Source: Candidatus Bathyarchaeota archaeon
GTDB lineage: Archaea > Thermoproteota > Bathyarchaeia > Bathyarchaeales > Bathycorpusculaceae
Length of the DNA: 64,000 bases
NCBI GenBank assembly: GCA_963806535.1
Contig: CAWDYC010000005.1
Span: 338,316 to 402,315 of the forward strand
Direction of reading: 5' to 3'
Made by a program: the position numbers and the translations under genes. Below, piece after piece: positions 42,455 to 52,688 of the stretch. Each line of letters begins with the position of its first letter. Positions within the stretch are counted from its first letter, which is position 1. The notes under the pieces were generated by a model that was not told the DNA's origin, made no database searches, and was given only the letters and a program-made list of their open reading frames with translations.

Positions 42455-43441
42455 TTGATTGTTAGCAAAACCCCTCTAAGATTAACTTTAGGCGGAGGAG
42501 GAACAGATTTACCTTCATACAGCAATGAGTATGGAGGATTCGTTGTTACTTCAGCCATCGACAAGTACATTTATTTGATTGTCAATCGTCGGTTTGAAGA
42601 ACCCGTCAGGGCAAGCTATTCAATAACCGAAATTACTTCTCCAGTTGACAACATCAAGCATCCTGTTATCAGAGAATCGCTTAAAGCTTCTCAGTTTAAA
42701 AAGCAACTTGGAGATTATTTCCATAGCTGAGGTTCCTTCGAGAACTGGGTTGGGATCATCAAGTTGTTTCACTGTAGGGCTTTTGCATGCTCTTCACACG
42801 TATAAAGACGAGTTTTTGTCTAGGCAAACGCTTGCAGAAGAAGCTTGTGCCGTGCAGATGGATATTTTGAAGGAGCCCTGTGGTTATCAAGACACGTTTA
42901 TCGCTGCTTTTGGCGGCTTCGTTTGCCTAAACATTCAGAAGAACGGTCATGTCGAAGTTACACATTTGAATATTCCTGAGGATACCGTGCGAGATCTTGA
43001 GAATAATTTGCTTTTCTTCTATACAGGCATTGAGCGTAGTGCAGCGGTTGTTTTGGCAGGATCAATGCAATAATGTGACTCAGAACAGGTTTAAGGCTCT
43101 TGACGCCATGCATGAAATCAAAGAAATTGGCTATAAAGTTAAGAAATGCGTTGGAGGATGGAGATATTTCGGAGTTTGGTCGATTGCAGGATGAGCATTG
43201 GCAAGTTAAGAAGGCAACTTCGGGCGCTATTTCTAATGGTTTGATTGATCGTTGGTATCAGGTTGGGTTTGAAAATGGCGCTTTAGGCGGCAAAGTGATG
43301 GGTGCAGGTGGCGGAGGCTTTCTGATGTTTTACTGCGAAAGCGGTAAAGATAAGATTCGAAAGGCCATGGCTAAAGAAGGTTTGCGGGAAATCTCATTTA
43401 ATTTTGAACCTCATGGTTCAATGATTTCGCTTCATGTTTAG
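42455..43441 (+). CDS. hddA: GHMP kinase, heptose-7-phosphate kinase type (frameshifted)
   Basis: KTPLRLTLGGGGTD, PSRTGLGSS, GYQD, GGKVMGAGGGG; adjacent to gmhA and gmhB. Confidence 0.75.
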
Positions 43442-43449
43442 GTGATTAT

Positions 43450-44060
43450 ATGAATAAAGAAAAATTTGTTAAAGATTATCTTGTGGAATTGGAAGCCGTT
43501 ACAAAACGGGTTTCACAAGAAGATATTTGTTCTGTGATGACTTTGCTGTTTGAGGCTTGGAAGAGCAACAAGCAGGTTTTCATTGCTGGCAATGGCGGTT
43601 CCGCATCTACTGCGACGCATTTAACTTGTGACTTAGCAAAATTTACTGCTGTTGGGGACAAGCGGCGATTTAGAGCTATTTGTTTAAACGACAACATCCC
43701 CCTTGGTTTCAGCACTTACCAACGATTTAGGATGGGACAGCGTTTACTATGAACAATTACGCAACCTCATGAACCCAGGCGATTACTTGGTAGTTCTTAG
43801 CGTTCATGGCGGTTCTGGCGCCGACAAAGCTGGCGTTTGGTCTCAGAATATTTTGAAAGCAGCAAAATTTGTTCATGATAACGGCGGCAAAGTTATTGGG
43901 TTCTCAGGCTTTGACGGCGGCGCTTTGAAAGAGGTTGCTGATGCTTGTATTGTTGCCCCAGTGAACTCTACACCTCAAGTTGAAGGGTTTCATGCAGTGT
44001 TTAACTCATATGCTATGTGATGGATTGCGTAAAGCAATTATTGAAGGTGACATGGTTTGA
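43450..44060 (+). CDS. gmhA: Phosphoheptose isomerase, SIS domain (frameshifted)
   Basis: AGNGGSASTATH, SALTND, GFSGFDGG, PQVEGFH. Confidence 0.8.
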
Positions 44061-44200
44061 AGCGCATTATTGTTTGGGTTGACACTTCCGATTCAGATGC
44101 AGCGTATGTCGAGAAACGGCTTCGAGAATACTTAGCAAAAGCAGGCGTTCGCTACACCATGTTTGAAGCTACTGAAGTAATGGAAACAGATGATCAATGA
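44057..44200 (+). CDS. 47-aa translationally coupled microprotein
   Basis: MKRIIVWVDTSDSDAAYVEKRLREYLAKAGVRYTMFEATEVMETDDQ; TTGA and ATGA overlaps with both neighbours. Confidence 0.6.
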   Translation: MKRIIVWVDTSDSDAAYVEKRLREYLAKAGVRYTMFEATEVMETDDQ

Positions 44201-44874
44201 CTGACGCAGTTTTCTTAGACCGAGACGGCGTAATTAATCAACTTGTTTTCTACCCCGATTTAGGGCTAATAGATTCTCCTCTAAATCCTGCGGAGTTCAA
44301 GTTGATGCCAGGTGCGGCTGAAGCAATTAAAACGTTTAATCGTTTGGGTTTGAAAGTTATTGTGGTTTCTAATCAGCCAGGTATTGCTAAGGGTAAGATG
44401 TCTGAGGAATTGTTTGAAGAGATTCGCCAGAAAATGAAGAATTTACTTGCGAAAGAATGGCGCACATGTTGACGGTGAATATTATTGTTTTCATCATCCT
44501 GAAGCTAAAAGAGTTGAGTTTAAAGTTAAATGTCACTGTCGCAAACCGCAGCCTGGATTAATCTTGAAAGCGGCAAAAGAGCTTGGTGTGAAAACTTCCA
44601 AGTCTTATATGATTGGGGACGGCTGTAACGGATATTAAAGCAGGGCAAGCTGTCGGATGCAAATCAATTTTGATTGGCGCAGATAAAATGTGACTTATGC
44701 AGGCTTATGGAAACTATGGCGGTTAAGCCAGATATTATTGCGTCTAGTCTGCTTGATGCTTCTAAAATTATTGAAAAAGAAATGACTGAAAATAGGGAAA
44801 TATTTGTTGATACAATAAATGTTAAAGAAATAGAAGAAAAAAATGAAGAAAAAATTAGACAGGAGTTAGTTTAG
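44197..44874 (+). CDS. gmhB: HAD phosphatase, heptose-1,7-bisphosphate phosphatase type (frameshifted)
   Basis: FLDRDGVIN, VSNQPG, CFHHP...CHCRKP, MIGD. Confidence 0.82.
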
Positions 44875-45554
44875 ATGGTTGAATTCTTTATAGACACAGC
44901 AAATGTAAAAGAAATAAAAGAAATCCTCCCCTGGGGCATCCTAAGCGGAGTAACCACCAATCAGAAAATCTTTTCCTGTGAGAAAGGAATAAACTTCAAA
45001 GACCGAGTAAAAGAAATCCTCTCAGTAATCGATGCACCGCTTAGCATAGAGGTCACAAAAACCAACGAAAGCGACGAGGCAATGATTGCTGAGGCAAAGG
45101 AATATTCAAGTTGGAACCCCAAAAACATTGTCATAAAAATCCCCATGTTTGGCAACGGACGAGGGCTCGTACTTGCTAAGCAAGCTTCACAAAGAAAAAA
45201 TCAAGACAAACGTCACCTGCCTCATCACCACTAACCAAGTTGTTTTGGCAGCCCTTTCAGGTGCAACGTACGCAAGCATATTCTATTGCCGAGTCCGAGA
45301 CTGCAGGCGGCGACCCAGTCAAAGTTATTCAGGATTCTAAACGCATAATAGAGGAAAGCGGTTTAAAAACCAAAATCATCGTTGGCAGCATACGAAAACC
45401 TGAAGATGTGGCTGAAGCAGCAGCGGCAGGAGCACACATCATAACCATTACGCCCAAAGTTCTTTTGCAGATGCCGTTTCACCAGAAAACTGAGGATACC
45501 ATCAAAGAGTTCGACCAAGCATGGCTCGAATTCAAAGCTTCATGTAAAGAATAA
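44875..45554 (+). CDS. Transaldolase/fructose-6-phosphate aldolase family, short type (frameshifted)
   Basis: FFIDTAN, GVTTN, IVIKIP, TNVT, GSIR, HQKTEDTIKEF. Confidence 0.88.
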
Positions 45555-45639
45555 GACGAGCGGTTCTGTTGACTAAAAATAGTCGTTTAACCAAAAGATG
45601 TTTAAGTCATTCAGCACTAGAGTAATGCAGGCTTAAAAG

Positions 45640-45903
45640 TTGGAAAAAGAGATTGTCGTACAAAAACAAAGTGAGATTATTGTTAAAAATAAAGGTCAGA
45701 TTACAATACCTGTGAAGATCCGCAAGAAATATAAAATTGATGAAGGAACGCGCCTTAAAGTGGTTGCAACAGAAGATGGCGTTTTGTTGACGCCTCAAAA
45801 GACATTCTGGGATATGGTGGGTGCCTTTCCAGTAGACTCCGCGAAAGCCGCCAAGATGGACAAGCAACTTTATGATCTTAGGCATGAAGAAAATGACGAA
45901 TAA
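45640..45903 (+). CDS. AbrB/MazE-type antitoxin
   Basis: KGQITIPVKIRKKYKIDEG. Confidence 0.88.
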   Translation: MEKEIVVQKQSEIIVKNKGQITIPVKIRKKYKIDEGTRLKVVATEDGVLLTPQKTFWDMVGAFPVDSAKAAKMDKQLYDLRHEENDE

Positions 45904-46282
45904 ATCAGCGGTTTATGATACACGGTTCTTTATTGAATCCTACAGGACTCAAGATGAAGCTGTGCGTAAGAAGATAAGCGCTGAAAAGGCAAGGAAAAGA
46001 CGGTGTGCTTCAGCAATTGTCATCCATGAGCTATACAAAACAGTAATTGCTACTGAGGGGCGCGAAGTCGCAAGAAACCAAGTTGCCTATCTTATGCAAG
46101 AATTCGACATAATTCCAGTTGACAGCCAAATTGCTCAAGTTTCCGCTGAACTTAGACATAAATACAAGCTTTCGATGGGTGATAGTATGATTGCCGCCAC
46201 GGCATTCACATTAAAAGCAGTCTGCATCTCAGACGACTCCCATTTCAAGCAAATCAAAGAGATCGAAACTACATGGATCTAA
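45893..46282 (+). CDS. PIN-domain VapC toxin
   Basis: YDT, VIHE, LSMGDSMIAATA, SDDSHF. Confidence 0.88.
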   Translation: MTNKSAVYDTRFFIESYRTQDEAVRKKISAEKARKRRCASAIVIHELYKTVIATEGREVARNQVAYLMQEFDIIPVDSQIAQVSAELRHKYKLSMGDSMIAATAFTLKAVCISDDSHFKQIKEIETTWI

Positions 46283-46509
46283 ATCAAACCGAAAGAACAA
46301 TTGAAAAAATAATTGAAGCGCCGCAGATAACCGCTGAGGAATACAAAAAGTATAGGGGAAAAGAAGTTGCACTATACAAAAATAAGATAGTTGCTTCTGG
46401 CAGAACATCAGGCGAGGCATTAGAAAGAGCTTTGAAAAAATGCCCAGAAGCAAAAACGGAAGACATTGTGATCGATTATATCCAATTGGCGGACGTATTA
46501 ATTCTTTGA
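46273..46509 (+). CDS. DUF5678-like small protein
   Basis: KYRGKEVALYKNKIVASG..EAL. Confidence 0.65.
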   Translation: MDLNQTERTIEKIIEAPQITAEEYKKYRGKEVALYKNKIVASGRTSGEALERALKKCPEAKTEDIVIDYIQLADVLIL

Positions 46510-46769
46510 TACCACTTTCGCTTGATGTACCTATTATTGCCAATGTTTCATTCAGGGACAATGTCTACTCTTGCCAAAACAAAGAATTGGGAATTATTTC
46601 TATGTCTCCTAAGCTTGAGGAATGCGTAAAAGATTTTGAAGAAGAAATCCTGCTTATCTGGAACGAGTACGGCAAGGAAGATAGCGCCAAACTAACAAGC
46701 GACGCTAAAGATCTAAAGGCAAAGATTCTTAGATACCATGTATCATTAAAAAATAAGAATGTGCATTAA
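46506..46769 (+). CDS. Hypothetical protein, possibly HicB-like fold
   Basis: ELGIISMSPKLEECVKDFEEEI pattern; TTG start overlaps the previous stop. Confidence 0.45.
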   Translation: MIPLSLDVPIIANVSFRDNVYSCQNKELGIISMSPKLEECVKDFEEEILLIWNEYGKEDSAKLTSDAKDLKAKILRYHVSLKNKNVH

Positions 46770-47055
46770 ATTGCAGACAAAAACTGTACATCCATTTGTT
46801 CAAATTAATCCGAAAGTCTGTAACGGATCTCCAGTTATTATTGGTACACGCATAAGAATAGTGGATATTGCTGTAGAGTACGAGTACATGAGTTACACAC
46901 CCGATGAGATAATTAATGCTCATCCTCACCTGAAACTGGAACAAGTCCATGACGCTTTATCATACTACTATGAGCATCGAGATGAAATTGACAAAAAAAT
47001 TAAAGAAGATGAGGATTTCATCCAAAAACTCCGTCAGGCTCAAAAGGCAGAATGA
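46759..47055 (+). CDS. DUF433 domain antitoxin
   Basis: NPKVCNGSPVIIGTRI...PHLKLEQVHDALSYY. Confidence 0.88.
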   Translation: MCIKLQTKTVHPFVQINPKVCNGSPVIIGTRIRIVDIAVEYEYMSYTPDEIINAHPHLKLEQVHDALSYYYEHRDEIDKKIKEDEDFIQKLRQAQKAE

Positions 47056-47396
47056 TTAAACATCCTAACAAAAGCCTTAGAATTTACTTTGATGAAAGCG
47101 TTAATGTCGCAGTCCCAGAAGGACTTAAAAGAAGAGGAATAATCGCGATATCAGCCAAAGACCTTAACAAATTAGGATTGACTGACGAGGAACAGTTGGA
47201 GACCGCAATACAAAATAAGGCAGTAATTTTTACACACGATGCAGACTTCCTAAGAATAGCTTCCTGCAAGAATCACTTCGGCATAATTTACGTTCACCAA
47301 CAAAAATTATCAGTAGGCGAGTGTGTAAGGAAGCTTAAATTAATTGCAGAGACTCTTCCTCAAGAAAAAATGCGCGACAAAGTGGTCTTTCTATAA
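47052..47396 (+). CDS. DUF5615 PIN-like toxin
   Basis: YFDESV, GLTDEEQL, FTHDADF, HFGII. Confidence 0.85.
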   Translation: MIKHPNKSLRIYFDESVNVAVPEGLKRRGIIAISAKDLNKLGLTDEEQLETAIQNKAVIFTHDADFLRIASCKNHFGIIYVHQQKLSVGECVRKLKLIAETLPQEKMRDKVVFL

Positions 47397-47476
47397 CAAG
47401 AACGCTACATACAACCAATACCAATGCCGAACCTGTGGTATATTACTTGCTCCCTGAGAATAGGTTGATTTCTTAG

Positions 47477-48214
47477 TTGTACGCGATTGTTTTGGCTGGC
47501 GGATACGCAAAACGCCTCTGGCCCCTCACGCAGAATACACCAAAAGCGCTCTTACCCATCGCTGGCAAACCAATACTTGACTACGTCGTGGATAAGTTGG
47601 AAGCTTTGAATCCGCCCCTGCGAAAGATTGTGTTGTCTACGAATATGTGTTTTCAATCTCAATTCAAACAGTGGCTAGCCTCCAAAGGTTACAACAACGT
47701 CGTATTATTACCCGATGATTCTGAAAGCGAAGAGAAAAAGCCAGGCGCTATAAAAGCAATGGCAAACATCACAGCTTTCGCAGACGAAGACGACGTCTTA
47801 GTCATAGCAGGCGACGGCATGTTCAACGACGACCTCACCGGCATGATGGAGGCTTTTTACGAGAAAAAAACCCCCGTCGTCGCACTCTACACGGTTAAGA
47901 GTATAGAGGAAGCCAAAAGATGCGCAGTCATCACAGCCGACAAAAAAGGAAAAATAACAGAGTTCACCGAAAAACCAGCAGAACCAAAGTCAACGCTGGT
48001 ATGTGGCGCAGTTTACGTTTTTCCAAAAACAGTAAGAAAGCGCCTTGCAGAATATTTGGCGGAAGGGTTACCGACAGACCAGCCTGGTCGATTCGTTGAA
48101 TGGCTATACAAAAAAGAACCCGTCTACAGCTATTCACTGAAAGACTACTTGTGGGACATAGGAACCCACGAAACATACAAAGAATGCAACCAATATTTCG
48201 GTAACTGTAAATAA
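47477..48214 (+). CDS. Sugar-phosphate nucleotidyltransferase (candidate heptose-1-phosphate transferase)
   Basis: LAGGYAKRLWPLT..PKALLPIAGKP, EKP, WDIGT. Confidence 0.88.
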   Translation: MYAIVLAGGYAKRLWPLTQNTPKALLPIAGKPILDYVVDKLEALNPPLRKIVLSTNMCFQSQFKQWLASKGYNNVVLLPDDSESEEKKPGAIKAMANITAFADEDDVLVIAGDGMFNDDLTGMMEAFYEKKTPVVALYTVKSIEEAKRCAVITADKKGKITEFTEKPAEPKSTLVCGAVYVFPKTVRKRLAEYLAEGLPTDQPGRFVEWLYKKEPVYSYSLKDYLWDIGTHETYKECNQYFGNCK

Positions 48215-48255
48215 TCATAAAACAAAATAAAAGAAAAAAAGAGGTAAACAAAAAA

Positions 48256-49197
48256 ATGAAAGCAATAGTAACCGGCGGCGCAGGCTTCATAGGAAGCCAC
48301 GTAGTTGACCGACTAATAAGCGACGGATACTCCGTCACAGTAATAGATAACATGTCTGGTGGGACTAAGCTAAATCTGGAACAACACGCAGATAACCCAA
48401 AGCTAAAAATTTACAATATCGACATTAGAAATGCAGACATGCTCACCGAGATCTTCAAAGGGCACGACATCGTATTCCATTTAGCTGCGCAAGCGAACAT
48501 TAGAAAAAGCGCAATTGATCACAAATCCGATTTCGATAACAATCTTATTGGAACTATTAATATTTTGGAAGCAATGCTGAAAAGCAAGATTAATGATCTT
48601 GTGTTCGCTTCAACCTCAGCACTATATGGAGAAGCCAACATAAAACCGACCCCCGAAGACTATATGCCAATTCAAACTTCGCTTTATGGCGCTTCAAAGC
48701 TTGCATGTGAAGCTTACGCGGAAGTTTTCACTCAATTTTCTCCAATTAACTTCTGGGCCTTCAGATTCTCAAACATTATTGGCGAACGGTGCAGAAGAGG
48801 CGTAATTTGGGATTTCGTTCAAAAACTAATTAAAAACCCAAAAGAACTAGAAATCTTGGGGGACGGAAAACAAAGTAAAGAATACTTATATGTAAAAGAC
48901 TGTGTTGACGGAATTATGACTGGCTACCGAAAAGCTCACGGAAGAGTAAATTTATTCAACCTTGCAATCGAAGAAAATAGTACGGTTGATCAAATAGCTG
49001 ATGTTATCACAAAAGAAATGAATCTCAATAATGTAAAGCGGAAATATACAGGTGGATCACGTGGTTGGATAGGCGATAATCCGTTAGTTCACCTTTCAAT
49101 TGATCGAATTAAAGCACTTGGATGGACACCAAAGGTTCCAACTGTAGAGGCAATTAGGTTAACAACAAAATGGTCCATTGGTGAGTATAAACAATAA
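48256..49197 (+). CDS. NAD-dependent epimerase/dehydratase
   Basis: VTGGAGFIGSH, YGASK. Confidence 0.92.
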   Translation: MKAIVTGGAGFIGSHVVDRLISDGYSVTVIDNMSGGTKLNLEQHADNPKLKIYNIDIRNADMLTEIFKGHDIVFHLAAQANIRKSAIDHKSDFDNNLIGTINILEAMLKSKINDLVFASTSALYGEANIKPTPEDYMPIQTSLYGASKLACEAYAEVFTQFSPINFWAFRFSNIIGERCRRGVIWDFVQKLIKNPKELEILGDGKQSKEYLYVKDCVDGIMTGYRKAHGRVNLFNLAIEENSTVDQIADVITKEMNLNNVKRKYTGGSRGWIGDNPLVHLSIDRIKALGWTPKVPTVEAIRLTTKWSIGEYKQ

Positions 49198-49264
49198 CTT
49201 ACTTATTGAAACAAAACTTAAATCACTTACCTGCAAAAATGACTACGTTTTAAATTGATATTCT

Positions 49265-50009
49265 ATGGAAATTGAGTCTAGGAAAAACCTGTATTCTAAA
49301 GATTATTACAAAGGCTTTTCACCAGAGCCGAGATTTGAAAAAGTAGCGAATGTCTTTGCCAAATTAAAAGGGGAGAATTTGCTAGATATCGGTTGCGGAG
49401 ACGGAGAAATAACTTTACTCCTGAGAGATCGTATGAATGCTAAATATGCTTACGGTGTCGAACTCTCCCCAGAAGCTGTTGGTGAAGCGACAAAAAAGGG
49501 CGTAAAAGCCTATCACGTAGACCTCGACAATGACAATCTTCCTTTTGAAGGAGACTTCTTTGACGTAATATACTGCGGCGAAATAATTGAACATGTTTTT
49601 GATCCAGATCATCTGCTTAGCGAGGTAAAAAGAGTTTTGAAGCAAGGAGGAACTTGTGTTCTCAGTACTCCAAACTTAGCCGGTTGGTCCAGTCGTTTTG
49701 CGCTCCTTTTAGGATATCAGCCGTATCCAATGGCGGCTAGCCCCGGGCATGAGAGTGCCGGAAAGCTTATTGTTAATGGCGCTCAAGGTCAATGGGGTCA
49801 TATTAGGGTACTGACATTTAGAGCACTAAAAGAACTTGTCAACTTGCATGGGTTCACTATCAAACAGGTTATCGGTTGTCCCGTCACAATAAAAAGTTCA
49901 GGATCTAAACTTTTCTTTTTAAAAACTGTAAATTCATTTGACAGATTTTTCTCGAGGCTTCCTCAACTTTCAACTAGTAGTTATTATTGTCTTTACCAAA
50001 ACCGGTTAA
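49265..50009 (+). CDS. Class I SAM methyltransferase
   Basis: LLDIGCGDG, EIIEH, STPN; a plausible own stop (IIVFTKTG*) lies in a shifted frame. Confidence 0.8.
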
Positions 50010-50017
50010 GGTTTTTT

Positions 50018-50743
50018 TTGGCCTCCAAATTTTCATTTCCTAAAGTTTCAGTTGTCATTTGCGCTCTTAATGAAGAAAAAAATCTTTGCAGAGTTTTACC
50101 TGGGTTACCTGCTTGGGTGGACGAGGTAATATTGGTTGATGGTCATTCTGTAGACCGAACGGTTAAAGTTGCTATAGAACTCAGACCGGACATTAGAACA
50201 CTTAGTCAACCTAACAAAGGTAAAGGAGAAGCTCTGAAATTTGGTGTAGCGGCTGCAAAAAACGATATCATCGTGACTTTGGATGCAGACGGTACCTATC
50301 CCCCAGAAGAAATGCTGAATTTCGTGAATATGATCTTAAATGGAAACGACTTGGCCAAGGGGACTCGTTTTATCGGGGCCGCACCAGAATGTATGCCACG
50401 GAACCGTCAATTTGGAAATAAAATTCTAGCTTTAACTACTAACATATTATTTCATTCGCATTACACGGATGTTTGCACAGGCTATTATGCATTTAGAAAA
50501 GGTCTATTTAATGAGATAGACCTATCAAGTGACGGTTTCGAGATAGAACAGGAACTATTTGCTAAGGCGGCGAAAATGAACTATAGAATCGCAGAAGTAC
50601 CGCACTCCTACAGAAAACGTGAGTATGGTGTTAGCAAAACTCAAGATTTTCGGCAAGGTTTCAAAGACCTCGCTTGGATAATATTTCTATTCTTCTCAAC
50701 TCCGAAACAAACACATACAAGAAATGGCTCGAAAAGGAGGTAA
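50018..50743 (+). CDS. GT2 glycosyltransferase (DPM1-like)
   Basis: VSVVICALNEE, VDGHSVDRT, TLDADG, GFEIEQE. Confidence 0.88.
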   Translation: MASKFSFPKVSVVICALNEEKNLCRVLPGLPAWVDEVILVDGHSVDRTVKVAIELRPDIRTLSQPNKGKGEALKFGVAAAKNDIIVTLDADGTYPPEEMLNFVNMILNGNDLAKGTRFIGAAPECMPRNRQFGNKILALTTNILFHSHYTDVCTGYYAFRKGLFNEIDLSSDGFEIEQELFAKAAKMNYRIAEVPHSYRKREYGVSKTQDFRQGFKDLAWIIFLFFSTPKQTHTRNGSKRR

Positions 50744-51737
50744 CTTTTTGCAGAAACTCAGAGTTGCAGTAGTTGGGCTTGGAAAGATGGGATTACTTCA
50801 TGCCGCAATACTAAGCTCCATGAGTGATGTCCAATTAGTGGCATTGTGTGATCAAAAGAAGATTCTAACGAAATTAGCAAAAAAAGTATTCAATCAAGAA
50901 ATAAGCGTCGTTAATAATATACAAGCACTGTCTAATCTTAATCTGGACGCTGTTTATGTTACTACACCTATACCGACTCACTATCGTGTGATTGAATCAA
51001 TCTTTGATGAAAAAATAGCTCAGAACGTTTTTGTAGAAAAAACCTTATCTTGTGACATCGAAGATGGTAAGAAATTATGCCTAAAAGCTAAGCAAAGCAA
51101 TGGTGTAAATATGGTTGGCTACCAAAAAAGGTACAGCGTCACGTTTTTAAAAGCATTTAGTCTTCTAAAAGAAGAAGCCATAGGTGAACTGAAAAGTTTT
51201 AAGGCTTATGCTTATTCTTCGGATTTTGTCGGTCTAAAGAAAGAGGCAGCAGCCAAAATATTCGCTTCAAGAGGAGGCGTTCTCAGAGACCTGGGTTCCC
51301 ATGCTATTAGCTTAGCATTTTGGTATTTTGGCAATCTGCGAATAATCCCTGAACAATACAATAATACTACCGGATTAATTTCGGGTGAAACCATTGGTTT
51401 TCACTCAAAAGTAGGCAATTTAGAGGGTTTCATTGAGTCCTCTTGGTGCAAAGAAGGATATCGAATGCCTGAAACAGGTGTAAATATTGAAGGTACCAGA
51501 GGTACGCTATTAGTCAACGATGACAAAGTTGAGGTCAAATTTAATAGCGGCGATTTAAAAAGATGGTTCAGGCAAGATTTAGCGGATATAGTTAACTTTG
51601 TTCTTTGGTCTCCTGAATATTATCGCGAGGATCAAAATTTTGTTCAATGTTTATTAGATGGGCGTTTGCCCGATTCAGACTTCCTTGAAGCATTTAGAAT
51701 CGACGAAATAATCGCAAAGGTTACGGAAAAATGTTGA
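50724..51737 (+). CDS. Gfo/Idh/MocA oxidoreductase
   Basis: GLGKMG, FVEK, GGVLRDLGSH. Confidence 0.9.
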   Translation: MARKGGNFLQKLRVAVVGLGKMGLLHAAILSSMSDVQLVALCDQKKILTKLAKKVFNQEISVVNNIQALSNLNLDAVYVTTPIPTHYRVIESIFDEKIAQNVFVEKTLSCDIEDGKKLCLKAKQSNGVNMVGYQKRYSVTFLKAFSLLKEEAIGELKSFKAYAYSSDFVGLKKEAAAKIFASRGGVLRDLGSHAISLAFWYFGNLRIIPEQYNNTTGLISGETIGFHSKVGNLEGFIESSWCKEGYRMPETGVNIEGTRGTLLVNDDKVEVKFNSGDLKRWFRQDLADIVNFVLWSPEYYREDQNFVQCLLDGRLPDSDFLEAFRIDEIIAKVTEKC

Positions 51738-52600
51738 AGCTAGTGGGCGATAATCCCTTTAATGGTGTAAGCCATCTATCACAAGAAAAAGCTTTGTCGC
51801 GAGTAGCCAATATCTTTGATCCAGAGTATGCTGCGAAGCTAGTGAAGATTTCGCTTGATAACGGGGCAGATGGTTTCATGTTTTCATCCAGCGATGTCAC
51901 ACTCTCAATTCTTAGAATTCTCAATAAAGAATATTCACTAAGAACCAAGCTCTTTGCAATTATCCCAGCTGCGGGCGAATCGGCGAGAGCTATGGGTGCT
52001 TCGGGTGGGGTGGACGGTCTTATTAAGAAAAGCGTTAAGCAAGCGATATCTTCTAGAAACTTGAAAGCTATGTACATGGGCGCACTAGGAAGCTTATCAA
52101 TGAATCCTGATTTACTTTTTCGCACCTTCATTAGTCTGGAAATTTCAAGGATTAAATCTTATGCTGGCAAAAATGCGGATATAGAATCAATAATGCTGCA
52201 TGAAATTGTCACTGATATGGCTTTAGCTTTAGACCTGAAATGGCTTTTTAAATCATTTATTCGCTCCCTTGATAATCAAAAAATTCAACCTGGCTTCGAA
52301 ACAAGAAACTTCCCATTTCTCGTAAAGAAATTTCAAAAATGGGGTTTCGATATGGGCAAACTTGCAATTGCGGCACCTTTCAATAAAATAGGTTTCCTTA
52401 TGATTCCTTCAAAACAAGCCTGCGAAGAAACGTTAACGACTATTCCAGATTGTAATGTTATAGCAATCAGTGTTTTAGCAGCTGGTTATCTGAAACCTTT
52501 AGAAGCATTTGATTACATAAAAGGGCAGACAAATTTGAAGGGCGTTGCGATAGCAGTGTCAAAAGAGCAACATGCTTATGAAACGTTCAAGCCTTTTTGA
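51731..52600 (+). CDS. Hypothetical protein, possibly a distant aldo-keto/TIM-barrel fold
   Basis: GDNPFNGVSH, PFNKIGF, SVLAAGYL; overlaps the oxidoreductase stop. Confidence 0.65.
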   Translation: MLKLVGDNPFNGVSHLSQEKALSRVANIFDPEYAAKLVKISLDNGADGFMFSSSDVTLSILRILNKEYSLRTKLFAIIPAAGESARAMGASGGVDGLIKKSVKQAISSRNLKAMYMGALGSLSMNPDLLFRTFISLEISRIKSYAGKNADIESIMLHEIVTDMALALDLKWLFKSFIRSLDNQKIQPGFETRNFPFLVKKFQKWGFDMGKLAIAAPFNKIGFLMIPSKQACEETLTTIPDCNVIAISVLAAGYLKPLEAFDYIKGQTNLKGVAIAVSKEQHAYETFKPF

Positions 52601-52688
52601 TCTTTTATTTGTTAGCCGCATTCTACCACGAGAAAATGTTACTCAGTTACTTATCAGTAATGTTTACACTCAGTGAAATAGCGCTTAA

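Noticed and set aside
49265-50743. Methyltransferase-GT2 fusion (492-aa ORF)
   Set aside because: One extra base near 49978 explains it; the corrected frame stops at 50009 and a TTG start follows at 50018.
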